Assembly (NCBI GenBank): GCA_963817835.1
Contig: CAWFPZ010000019.1
Span: 37,283-101,282, forward strand
Length of the DNA: 64,000 bases
Direction of reading: 5' to 3'
Source: an uncultured Acidobacteriota bacterium
GTDB lineage: Bacteria; Acidobacteriota; Terriglobia; Terriglobales; Acidobacteriaceae
Shown: piece by piece, positions 9,834-19,390 of the stretch
How the letters are laid out: the number at the start of each line of letters is the position of its first letter
Numbering within the stretch: position 1 is the first letter of the stretch
Notes under the pieces: model-generated
The model's database searches: none
The model's input: the letters and a program-made list of their open reading frames with translations, nothing else
What the model was told of the DNA's origin: nothing
Program-made: the position numbers and the translations under genes

Positions 9834-10757
9834 ATGAGCGCATCGCCAACTACGGCCGCCAATCCCCGCATCCTCATCGTCGGCAACGCGGGCCAACTCG
9901 GCCGCGAACTCGAAAAAATCTTTGCCGGCGTCGGCCCTATCGTTGCCGTTGACCGTGAATCCGTAGATCTCGCCGATGCCGGGCAAACCCGTGAGCTGGT
10001 TCATCGCGCCGCACCCGATATCATCCTGAACGCCGCCGCCTACACCGCCGTCGACCGCGCCGAGACCGAGCGTGATCTTGCCTTTGCCATCAACGAGCAG
10101 GCGCCGCGCATCCTTGCCGAAGAAGCCCTCCTGCGCAACGCCCTCTTCGTCCACTACTCCACAGATTACGTTTTTGATGGCAGCAAATCTTCTCCTTGGG
10201 TCGAGACGGACGCGCCCAATCCTCTCAATGTCTACGGTTCCAGCAAGCTTGCGGGCGAGAGGGCCGTCGAGGGTGTCGGCGGCAAATTCCTCATCTTCCG
10301 CACCAGCTGGGTCTACGGCCCCCACGGCAACAATTTTCTTCTCACCATGCTTCGCCTTGCCCGTGAGCGCGACCGTCTCTCCATCGTCGACGATCAGATC
10401 GGCGGGCCCACGACTTCCATCGAACTCGCCCGCGCCACGCACCTCATCGTCACCGGCATCCTCACCGGCAGTTTCGGCGCACCACAGGACTGGGCCGGTC
10501 TCTACCACATGACGTGCGGCGGTTCCGTCTCCTGGTTCGGCTTTGCCCAGGCCATCTTCGCCCGCGCCGCCCAGCTCCTCGCCGTGAAGCCGCCCACTCT
10601 CACCCGCATCGCCACCAGGGACTATCCGACCCCCGCCGCGCGCCCGCGCAATTCTGTGTTGTCCAACGCCAAACTGCAAGCCCGCTTCGGCCTTGAGCTT
10701 TTGCCATGGGAATCGGCGCTAGAAGAAACCCTCCAGGCCCTCCGCAACGCCGGCTGA
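9834..10757 (+). CDS. rfbD: dTDP-4-dehydrorhamnose reductase
   Basis: GNAGQLG, NAAAYTAVDRAE, HYSTDYVFDG, YGSSKLAGE and PAARP motifs. Confidence 0.95.
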   Translation: MSASPTTAANPRILIVGNAGQLGRELEKIFAGVGPIVAVDRESVDLADAGQTRELVHRAAPDIILNAAAYTAVDRAETERDLAFAINEQAPRILAEEALLRNALFVHYSTDYVFDGSKSSPWVETDAPNPLNVYGSSKLAGERAVEGVGGKFLIFRTSWVYGPHGNNFLLTMLRLARERDRLSIVDDQIGGPTTSIELARATHLIVTGILTGSFGAPQDWAGLYHMTCGGSVSWFGFAQAIFARAAQLLAVKPPTLTRIATRDYPTPAARPRNSVLSNAKLQARFGLELLPWESALEETLQALRNAG

Positions 10758-10777
10758 ACCGCCGGGCGAGTTTTCAA

Positions 10778-10808
10778 CTGACCACTGACCACTGATCACT
10801 GACCACTG
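10778..10808. repeat. Heptamer tandem repeat (CTGACCA)n
   Basis: About 4.5 units, 20 nt after the rfbD stop. Confidence 0.85.
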
Positions 10809-10885
10809 CCTTGTGACGCCCGTCCTATGCACCCGCTCGAGGCGCTTTCTACACTGGCAGCGCTCTTCAGAGTCGAGGTGTCTTC

Positions 10886-12061
10886 ATGCCTTCCAGGACC
10901 TCACGCCGTGATTTCCTAGCCGCCGGTGTTTCCGCCGGCTTGCTCGCTCCGCTTGCCGGTGCAACCCCCGCCTTCGGCGTACTCAAGCCGCAATCGAGCG
11001 ATGCGCCTTCAGGCTCCGCCGTCAAGCTCAACTTCAAGACGCTCGGCCGCACCGACCTCCGCGTCACTTCTGTCGGCTTCGGCTGCATGATCACTTCCGA
11101 CCCGAGCGTGATTGAGCGCGCGGCCGATCTCGGCATCAACTACTTCGACACCGCTCGCAGCTATCAGCGCGGCAACAACGAACGCATGGTCGGCGCGGCG
11201 CTCGGTGTAAAGCGCAAGCAGATCGTTCTCTCCACCAAAACTCACGCGACCGACAAAGCCGGCATGATGCAGCATCTCGATCAGAGCCTGCGTGAGCTCA
11301 ATACTGACTACATCGACATCTGGTATCTTCACGGCCGCAGCGATCCTGCCGAAATTTCCGACGACCACATCGAAGCCCAACAACTTGCCAAACAGCAAGG
11401 CAAGGTCCGCTTCATCGGCGTCAGCACCCACAGCGGTCAGCCGCAACTCATTCCCTGGATGATCCAGAAGAAAGCCTTCGACGTGGTGCTTGCGGCCTAC
11501 AACTTCACCATGGATCCCGCCATGGATCAGGCCGTGGAAACCGCATCCAGAGCCGGTCTCGGCGTCGTCGCCATGAAGGTCATGGCCGGTGGAGCGCGCA
11601 GCCACAAGCCCGGCGATCCCATCGGCGGCAGGCTTGCGCAACCCGGCGCGATGCTCTCCGCGCTCAAATGGGTGGTCAAAAATCCCAATGTCGCTACCAC
11701 CGTTCCCAGCATCACCGACATGGACCAGCTCGACGAAAACCTCAAGGCCATGCAGTACGCCTTCAGCTCCACCGACGCCGGCATTCTCACCGCGCATCTG
11801 GAGCGGATTAGCCCGCTGTACTGCCGCATGTGCGGCGCATGCGAGGGCGCGTGCCGCGAAGGCCTGCCTGTGGCCGACGTGCTGCGCTGCCTCACTTACG
11901 CTGACGGCTACGGCCAGTTCGCGTTGGGCCGCGAGCGTTATCTCGAACTCGCCCAACCGTCCTCAATTCGTTGCGCCGATTGTGCTTCCTGCACGGTAAA
12001 TTGCCCGCATGGCGTGCGCGTCGCCCGTCGCATGGCCCGCGCACAGGAGCTTTTCTCATGA
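10886..12061 (+). CDS. Tat-exported aldo/keto reductase with a C-terminal 4Fe-4S dicluster
   Basis: SRRDFL twin-arginine signal, AKR barrel (YFDTARSY, STK, WYLH), and the CRMCGACEGAC and CADCASCTVNCP motifs. Confidence 0.85.
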   Translation: MPSRTSRRDFLAAGVSAGLLAPLAGATPAFGVLKPQSSDAPSGSAVKLNFKTLGRTDLRVTSVGFGCMITSDPSVIERAADLGINYFDTARSYQRGNNERMVGAALGVKRKQIVLSTKTHATDKAGMMQHLDQSLRELNTDYIDIWYLHGRSDPAEISDDHIEAQQLAKQQGKVRFIGVSTHSGQPQLIPWMIQKKAFDVVLAAYNFTMDPAMDQAVETASRAGLGVVAMKVMAGGARSHKPGDPIGGRLAQPGAMLSALKWVVKNPNVATTVPSITDMDQLDENLKAMQYAFSSTDAGILTAHLERISPLYCRMCGACEGACREGLPVADVLRCLTYADGYGQFALGRERYLELAQPSSIRCADCASCTVNCPHGVRVARRMARAQELFS

Positions 12062-12921
12062 AGGTTCCCGCGTTGCTGCTCTCGGCCCTGCTTTTATCCG
12101 GCTCCGCCGCTGCGCAAAGCGTTCTCGACTGTCACATCGCCACTGGCTGGGAGCAGTCCGGCGCTTTCCGCCAGTACGACTCTGGCAATCTCTTTGAATA
12201 CAAAGACGGCGGGGCGGAAGGCTACCTCATCTTCGGCTTCGTGCGCATGAGCACCATCGACTGTAAATCTGGCGCCAACACGCTCACCATCGATCTCTCT
12301 GAGATGACCGATGCCGACGCGGCCTACGGGCTTTTCGCCGCCAACCTCGATCTCAACTCGCCCATCTCGCAAATCGGTATGGGCGGCCAGGTTCAGCCGC
12401 AAAGCGCGACCTTCGCCAAGGGCAACTTCTACGTTGAGATCGTCGAAGTCTCCTCCGATGCCAACGCCGACGACTCCTCCACGTTGCGCAGCATGGCCTC
12501 CACGCTTGAAGTGCGACTTCCCGGCCGCGTGACGCCGCCCGCGCAGTTACGCTGGTTCCCGCCAGGCAATGTTGCGCCTGTCCGCATGGTTCCGGAGAGC
12601 GTGTTAGGTCTGCACGAGCTCGAGCGCGGCTACGTGGCCAAATACCAGGCCGGTCAGGCCTTCATTGTTCTCGAAGCCACTCCCGAATCCGCGTCTCTCG
12701 TGCTCAAATCTCTTCACCTGCACTTTCCCGGCGCAGTCCCGGCGCTGGTGGGCGACGAAGCGTGGATCGTCAACGCGCAATATCTTGGCGGCATCTGCAT
12801 CTTTCGCAAGGGCCGCGTGTTGGCCGGCTACGCCAATCTGCCCACGCCGCAACAGGCCGCAACGCAAGCCGCTGCCCTGCCGGCCGCATTCCATAAATTG
12901 TGCTCTGATCTTTTCGCGTAG
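12058..12921 (+). CDS. Secreted DUF6599-like protein
   Basis: ATGA overlap with the upstream gene, a signal peptide, and an NLFEYKDGGAEGY motif. Confidence 0.65.
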   Translation: MKVPALLLSALLLSGSAAAQSVLDCHIATGWEQSGAFRQYDSGNLFEYKDGGAEGYLIFGFVRMSTIDCKSGANTLTIDLSEMTDADAAYGLFAANLDLNSPISQIGMGGQVQPQSATFAKGNFYVEIVEVSSDANADDSSTLRSMASTLEVRLPGRVTPPAQLRWFPPGNVAPVRMVPESVLGLHELERGYVAKYQAGQAFIVLEATPESASLVLKSLHLHFPGAVPALVGDEAWIVNAQYLGGICIFRKGRVLAGYANLPTPQQAATQAAALPAAFHKLCSDLFA

Positions 12922-12926
12922 TTGCA

Positions 12927-13952
12927 TCACAACCCGCGCGTATACGCATCCAGCAACATCCGCGCCGCGCGAAACGACGTGGTGCGCCCCTCCGCCACGT
13001 CCCGCTCCAGCGCTGTCACGCGGCTGCGCACTGCAGCATGTGCGTCGAACCGCTGCCGCAGCGCCTGGTCGATCATCTCGTGCATCCATCGCTGCTGCTG
13101 TTCGCGCCGCGCATTGCCGAACCATCCATTCGCCCGCGTCAGTGCCGCATACTCCAGCGCGCACTCCCACAGTTCGCGAATCCCCGCGCCTGTCCTTGCC
13201 GAGCACGTCACCGCGCGCGGCGTCCATCCCGATTCCGCCGCCGGAAAAAAGTGCAGCGCGTTTTGCGCCTCGGCCCGCGCCCGCTCTGCCGCGTGCACAT
13301 TCGCGCCATCGGCCTTGTTCACGGCCACCAGGTCCGCCAGTTCCATCACGCCGCGCTTGATCCCCTGCAACTCATCGCCCGCTCCGGCCAGCGTGATCAA
13401 AAGAAAAAAGTCCACCATCTCGTGCACGGCAGTTTCCGATTGCCCCACGCCCACGGTTTCCACCAGAATGTTCCGGTATCCCGCCGCTTCGCACAGCAGC
13501 ATCGCCTCGCGCGTCCGCTGCGCTACGCCACCCGCCATGCCGCGCGAGGGCGACGGCCGCACAAACGCCATCTCGCTCGCGGCCAGCGTCGTCATGCGCG
13601 TCTTGTCGCCCAGAATGCTGCCGCCGGAGATTTGGCTGCTCGGATCGATCGCCAGCACCGCAACCTTCTGTTTCTGCTCCGCGATCAAGTACCCGCCCAG
13701 CGCTTCAATCAAGCTGCTCTTGCCCGCGCCCGGCACGCCGGTAATGCCCACGCGGATCGAGTTGCCGCTGTGCGGCAGGCAATCCTCCACAATCTGCTCG
13801 GCCAGCGCGCGATCCGTCTCGCGCGCGCTCTCAATCAGCGTGACCGCGCGCGCCAGCACCGTCCGATCGCCGCGCAAAATGCCCGCAACGTATTCCTCGC
13901 GCGAGAGCGGCTTGCGCTTCTGCGTGACGCGCGGCGCTGCGGCGTCTCGCAC
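12927..13952 (-). CDS. meaB: Methylmalonyl-CoA mutase-associated GTPase MeaB (start uncertain; GTG 13952 or a frameshifted ATG 13981)
   Basis: [12 protein letters not shown]-loop, [35 protein letters not shown] and CSA motifs. Confidence 0.9.
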   Translation of the reverse strand: MRDAAAPRVTQKRKPLSREEYVAGILRGDRTVLARAVTLIESARETDRALAEQIVEDCLPHSGNSIRVGITGVPGAGKSSLIEALGGYLIAEQKQKVAVLAIDPSSQISGGSILGDKTRMTTLAASEMAFVRPSPSRGMAGGVAQRTREAMLLCEAAGYRNILVETVGVGQSETAVHEMVDFFLLITLAGAGDELQGIKRGVMELADLVAVNKADGANVHAAERARAEAQNALHFFPAAESGWTPRAVTCSARTGAGIRELWECALEYAALTRANGWFGNARREQQQRWMHEMIDQALRQRFDAHAAVRSRVTALERDVAEGRTTSFRAARMLLDAYTRGL

Positions 13953-14002
13953 CCGGCAATTTCGCGCATTGCGCTCTTCATGGCATGTGCCGATCCGTTT
14001 TG

Positions 14003-16139
14003 CTAAATCGTGACGCTGGCGCTCAGCATCTCCACAATCTTCTGCGCCGCCACGGGAATCACCGTTCCCGGCCCATAAATCCCCGCCACTCCGGCCTTGT
14101 ACAAGAAAATCGTAATCCTGCGGCGGAATCACGCCGCCCACCACAACCAGAATGTCTTCGCGACCCATCCCGCGCAGTTCCGCGATGAGTTGCGGCACCA
14201 GCGTCTTGTGTCCCGCGGCCAGGCTCGAAACGCCCACCACGTGCACGTCGCTGTCGAGAGCGAAGCGCGCCACTTCGTGAGGCGTCTGGAACAGCGGCCC
14301 AATATCCACGTCGAATCCGATATCGGCAAACGCCGTCGCAATCACCTTGGCGCCGCGGTCGTGTCCATCCTGGCCCATCTTCGCCACCAGAATCCGCGGC
14401 CGCCGCCCTTCCTCGCGCTCAAACTCCTCCACCATCCGCCGCGCCTTGCGGAACTCCTCGCCGCCCGCGCTGGCCGCCGAATACACGCCGGCGATGGTCC
14501 GCGTCGTGGCTTCGTACCGCCCCCACACGTTTTCCAGCGCCTGCGAAATCTCGCCCAGCGTGGCGCGCTTCCGCGCAGCTTCCACAGCGCACTCCAGCAG
14601 ATTCCCCTCGCCCGCCGCCGCGCACTTCTCCAACTGAGTCGAGCGCCGCGCGCACCGCGTCCGCATCGCGTTCGCGCTTCAACTCCTCCAGCCGCTTTAC
14701 CTGTGCCTGGCGTACCGCGTCGTTGTCGATATCGAGCACAGGAATCTCCGGCTCTTCGGGCGCGGCATAGGCATTCACGCCCACAATCACGTCGCTCCCC
14801 GCATCGATCCCCGCCTGCCTTCGCGCCGCCGCCTCTTCAATGCGCATCTTGGGCAAGCCGGTCTCGATCGCCTTCGCCATGCCGCCCAGTTTTTCAATCT
14901 CCTCGATCAGCTCCCACGCCGCGTGCATCAATTCGTGCGTCAGCCGCTCCACGTAATACGATCCCGCCCACGGATCGACCATGCGCGTGATGCCCGTTTC
15001 TTCCTGCAGGTAGATCTGCGTATTGCGCGCGATGCGTGCCGAAAAATCCGTAGGCAGCGCCAGCGCTTCGTCCAGCGCGTTGGTGTGCAGCGACTGCGTA
15101 CCGCCGAAGGCCGCGGCCAGAGCCTCCACGCACGTGCGCACCACGTTGTTGTACGGGTCCTGCGCCGTCAGGCTCCATCCTGAAGTCTGCGAATGCGCGC
15201 GCAGCGCCAGCGATTTGGGATTCTTCGCGCCGAAGCTCTTCACAATCTTCGCCCACAGCATGCGCGCCGCGCGCATCTTGGCAATCTCCATAAAATGGTT
15301 CATGCCCACGCCCCAGAAGAACGAAATCCGCGGCGCAAACTCGTCCACGTCGAGCCCCGCCTTCACGCCCGTGCGCAAATACTCCAGCCCGTCGGCCAGC
15401 GTGTAGGCCAATTCCAGATCCGCCGTCGCGCCCGCCTCCTGCATGTGGTATCCGCTCACGCTGATGCAGTTGAACTTCGGCATCTTCTCCGCGCAGTAGC
15501 GAAAAATGTCGCCGACGATGCGCATCGATCCCTCGGGCGGATAGATGTACGTGTTGCGGACCATGAACTCTTTCAGAATGTCGTTCTGGATGGTCCCGCT
15601 CAACTGCTCCGGCGGCACGCCCTGCTCTTCGGCGGCCACGATATAGAACGCCATGATCGGCAGCACCGCGCCGTTCATCGTCATCGACACCGACATCTGC
15701 TCCAGCGGAATGCGATGGAAGAGAATCTTCATGTCGAGAATCGAGTCGATGGCCACGCCCGCCTTGCCCACGTCGCCGGTCACGCGCTCGTGGTCGGAGT
15801 CGTAGCCGCGGTGCGTCGCCAGATCGAACGCCACCGAAAGCCCGCGCTGCCCCGCCGCCAGGTTGCGCCGGTAAAACGCATTCGACTCTTCCGCCGTCGA
15901 AAATCCCGCATACTGCCGGATCGTCCACGGCCGCGTGGCATACATCGTGCGTGTGCGGCCCGCGCAGATACGGCGGAATTCCCGCCGCATACTCCAGGTG
16001 TTCGAGCCCCTCCAGATCCGCGCGCGTCATAAAAACTCTTCAGCGCGATGTGCTCGGGCGAAAGCCACTCATCGGCTTCGTGCGCAGCCGTTCCCGCCGC
16101 CGCAGGCTTCCAATCGATCTTTGTAAAATCCGGACGCAT
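14003..16139 (-). pseudogene. scpA: Methylmalonyl-CoA mutase large (B12-binding) subunit, split by at least 4 apparent frameshifts
   Basis: Consecutive frames give MRPDFTKID…, [18 protein letters not shown]…QSLHTN…, [11 protein letters not shown] (DxHxxG), SSLAAGH and …[17 protein letters not shown]; may be an intact gene with assembly indels. Confidence 0.85.
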
Positions 16140-16166
16140 GTTGTGTTCTCAACTCACCGAAACTCT

Positions 16167-16220
16167 GGGTGCCCCACATCTCGCTTCTGAGATGTGGGAT
16201 ACCACCGACCTCAATTCCGC
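16167..16220 (+). repeat. REP-like GGGTGCCCC-hairpin element between mutA and scpA
   Basis: GGGTGCCCCACATCTC-GCTTCT-GAGATGTGGGATACCAC, nearly identical to the array unit at 29.9-30.3 kb. Confidence 0.85.
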
Positions 16221-16222
16221 TT

Positions 16223-17977
16223 TCAAATCAACAGTCTTTCCTGCCACTTCGTCAAAAACTCCACCGGATGACTGCGCACGTGCACGAAATCCGCAATTCC
16301 CGTCGCGCGTCAATTCCTCCGCGTTCTCGGGATTTCCCGCCACAATCACCGGCGTCTCGCGGCCCAGCGCTTTCAACTTCGGCATCAACTGCCGGCCAGC
16401 GCCGCATACTCCGCATCCGCGCTGCACAGCACAATCAAATCCGCGTCCGCCGCGGCAATCTCCTCGGCCTTCTTGAAGCGCCGCGTCTGCAATCTCGAAT
16501 CCCGCGCAGGCAAAGAAATTCGCCGCAAAATTCGCCCGCGCCGCGCGCATCTTCACGTCGCCAATCTCCGCCAGCAGCACCCGCGGCGTCTTGCCTCCCG
16601 CGGCCGCATGGCGCTCCGTGCGCAGCCGCAACTCCTCGTACGCGCCGCGCTCCGCGCAAATCGGCATTCATGCGCTGTTCGTCGACGCGGCCCAGCGCCC
16701 GCTCCGCCGGATTTGCATATTGATTCGTGCCCACCAACACGCGCCTCCGCGATGCAACTGCCTGCTCGCGCGCCGCCAGGCTCCGTTCCAGCGCCTGCGC
16801 AATCATTCCTTCGGCTTGCGCTTTGCGGAATCCGCCGCGCGCCTCAATCTCCTGCATCACGCTTCCAGCTCTCGCGCGCCAGAAAGTCGGTGATCGCCTC
16901 GAGAGCGTACGAGCCTCCGCCGGCATCGGCCACGCGGCCCAGCCACGCCTCGTGCTTCAGCAGCAGTTGCGTGTTCCGCGCCAGCCGCCGGCTCGCCTCA
17001 TCCGGCGCTTTGTAGCAGGCATCGAACGGCGTCACCGTCACTGCATCCGCTCCGCCCAGCACCGCGGCCATCGCCTCGGTGGTCGCGCGCAAAATGTTTA
17101 CGTGCGGATCGTAGACGGTCTTGTTCCATTTCGACGTGCGCGCCGCAATGCGCGCTCTCGCCGCCTCATGCGTGCCGCCAAAGCTCTCTACCGCCCGCGC
17201 CCACAGCATGCGGAATGCGCGGAACTTGGCGATCTCGAAGAAATAATTGGAGCCGACGGCGAAGCTGAATTCGAGCGCAGCCGCCGCGCGGTTCACATCC
17301 ACTCCGCGCTCCGCGAGCGCTGCCAGAAAATCCACTCCGGCCGCCAGCGCGAAGCCGGCTTCTTCAACGGCCGTCGCTCCCGCCTCGGCAAACGCTTCGC
17401 CGTGAATGGTGAACGGCACCAGTCCAGCCGGCGCGGCCATGATCGTCTCCGCCGCAAACTCCACGCTGGCCAGCGCATCGCATCCGGTTGAAATCTGTGC
17501 GGCATACGGCGTTCCATTCTGTCGCTCGATCAGCATCCGAAGCAGCGGTTCGTCGGCACGCTCAAAATGCACTGGAATCTCGTCGAGATGTCTCAGAGCA
17601 GTTTCGAGTTCACGCGTACTCTCGACCAAAATTCCGCTGAATGCAATTCCCTCGGCGCCCGCGGCCACCGCCGCGCACGCCATGCGATTGGCTTCTTCCG
17701 CATCCGCGGCGTCAATCTCCTCGCGAATCCGCCAGTCGCCGGTGGCGCGCGCGCCGCGCCGGTACGGAAAATCCCCCGGCGCCGTATCCACGCATGCCAG
17801 CCCCGCCAAATCCTCGGCGCGATAGAAGGGCTTTACTCCCAGCCCCTCGTCCGTCCGCCAAGTCAGTCTTTTCTCGGGATCGGCGCCCTTCAGGTCGCGC
17901 GCAATCGCCGCCTGCCACTCCGTTGTGCTCACCGGCGGGAACTCTTCAAGCAGACGTTCAGTGGCTATGGTTGTCAT
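16223..17977 (-). pseudogene. mutA: Methylmalonyl-CoA mutase small subunit, several apparent frameshifts in the 3' part
   Basis: EFPPVSTTEW…PFYRAED…PYRRG, NILRATTE, DAGGGSY, then VGTNQY, ARANFAANFF and LCSADAEY in shifted frames. Confidence 0.8.
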
Positions 17978-18424
17978 TTGTTCGCGGTGTCTTCCACCAT
18001 CTCGATCAAAACTCCGAATGCGCTTTCGGCCTTCGACTTGGGATGCACAAAAAACACCGTCGTTCCCCGCGAGCCTTTGCGCGGAGCCTCGTCAATCAGC
18101 TGAAATCCCTCGGCGCGCATCGCCGTCGAACGCGTGCTGCGCATTCTCCACGCGGAACGCCACATGCGCCAATCCGCCGCGCCCGCCGTTCTTGTCGATC
18201 AGCTTCTGCACCGGCGAATCCGCCGTCAGCGGTTCGAGCAGTTGGATCAGGTTCGGCCCCTCGCCGATCTGCAACAGCGCCTCGCGCACCTGGTCCTTTC
18301 CGTGCACCTCTTCGCGATGAATCTCCCTGAATCCCAAAGCCTCGTACGCCTTCACCTGGCCCTCAAGCTCGCCCTGCTTCACCGCGATCGCTACGTGATC
18401 CACAAACTTGGATCCCGGGAACAT
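17974..18424 (-). pseudogene. mce: Methylmalonyl-CoA epimerase, one apparent frameshift near 18130
   Basis: DHVAIAV, IQLLEP and GLAHVAFRV, then FVHPKS…GVLIEMVE in a shifted frame; ATGA overlap with mutA. Confidence 0.85.
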
Positions 18425-18483
18425 TCTTCAACTCTTCCTGCACGCCGTTCCTTTCAATCTCCTGGGCCGAGCTTCAGCCCGAC

Positions 18484-18861
18484 TTACTCAAACTCCACCA
18501 GCAACTGATTCACTTTCACGGGATCGCCCGGCTTCACATGCACGCTCTTCACCGTTGCCGCGCGCGGCGCCGTCACTTTGGTCTCCATCTTCATCGCTTC
18601 CAGAACCAGCATCAGCGCGCCCGCCTCCACAACCTGTCCCGGCTCGACGTTGACCGTGATCACCAGCCCCATCACCGGGCTGCGTGCACAGCTTTCTCGT
18701 CCGCATCCCACGTGCCGCCCGGGTTCTGTGCGTGTCCACTGGCTACGTCATGCGCCGCGTGGTGGGGCGAGTTGCTCCGGCGTCTGCTGGCTGTCCTCAT
18801 CTTCCAGAAGCTCTACGTCCACCGCGTACGCTTTGCCATCAATCGTGATCTGAAGCTTCAA
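18484..18861 (-). pseudogene. Biotin carboxyl carrier protein (1.3S-like), with apparent frameshift(s) in the linker
   Basis: AGGAGG RBS before TTG-KLQITIDGKAYAVDVE; the C-terminal frame has SPVMG…LEAMKME (biotinyl lysine)…VKVNQLLVEFE. Confidence 0.8.
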
Positions 18862-18907
18862 CCTCCTGCTTCCTTTCTCGCAAAATCTCTTGCTGCACTC
18901 ATCTTCA

Positions 18908-19347
18908 TTACCGGAGGTTGTGCGAGGTCTGCACAATCACCCGTCCCTGCTGCGCCCACGCGCCCGCGCTATCTTGCGCGATCGGCCAGCGGCTGTGCCG
19001 AGCGCACGCGCGCCTTCTTGCCCAGGAATACCGTTGCCGCAGCCGTCAGCGCGGCCACAATCTCCGGCTTGGTCTGTGCCGGCTTCGGGCTCTCTCGCGG
19101 TTTCCGCCGGCGCCGCGATCATCGGCACTTCGCCCGTAACTCGCGCTGCCTGCTGCCTGCTCAGTTCCGCCACGCGCGCCTGCAAAGCCTTCACCGTGGT
19201 CGCCATGGCGTTCAACTGCCGCTCCATGTCGCGCTGCCGTTCCCGCACGGCACGCCGCAGGACGCGCTCCAATCCGGTATAGATCGCCACACAGCCCGCG
19301 CCGGCAATCACCGCCATCACCGCCCAATCCGCCCCATGCAGCTTCAT
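18908..19347 (-). pseudogene. Small accessory subunit of the carboxyltransferase (OadG/epsilon-like), with an apparent frameshift near 19075
   Basis: N-terminal TM helix and coiled coil; the shifted frame gives EIVAALTAAATVFLG…AWAQQGRVIVQTSHNLR*. Confidence 0.6.
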
Positions 19348-19390
19348 GCGCTTCCTTTCATCTCGCGGCGCGAAATTCCGCCGCCGGATC

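Noticed and set aside
12927-14666. IcmF-like natural fusion of a B12-binding domain to MeaB (579-aa ORF)
   Set aside because: It arises from an extra base near 14100 (YDFL-VQG vs YDFL-YKAG). The shifted frame gives a normal mutase C-terminus ending at 14003, so scpA and meaB are separate genes.
13950-19100. Programmed ribosomal frameshifting in the mutase operon
   Set aside because: There are too many shifts, with no recurring slippery motif or stimulatory structure; assembly error or decay is simpler.
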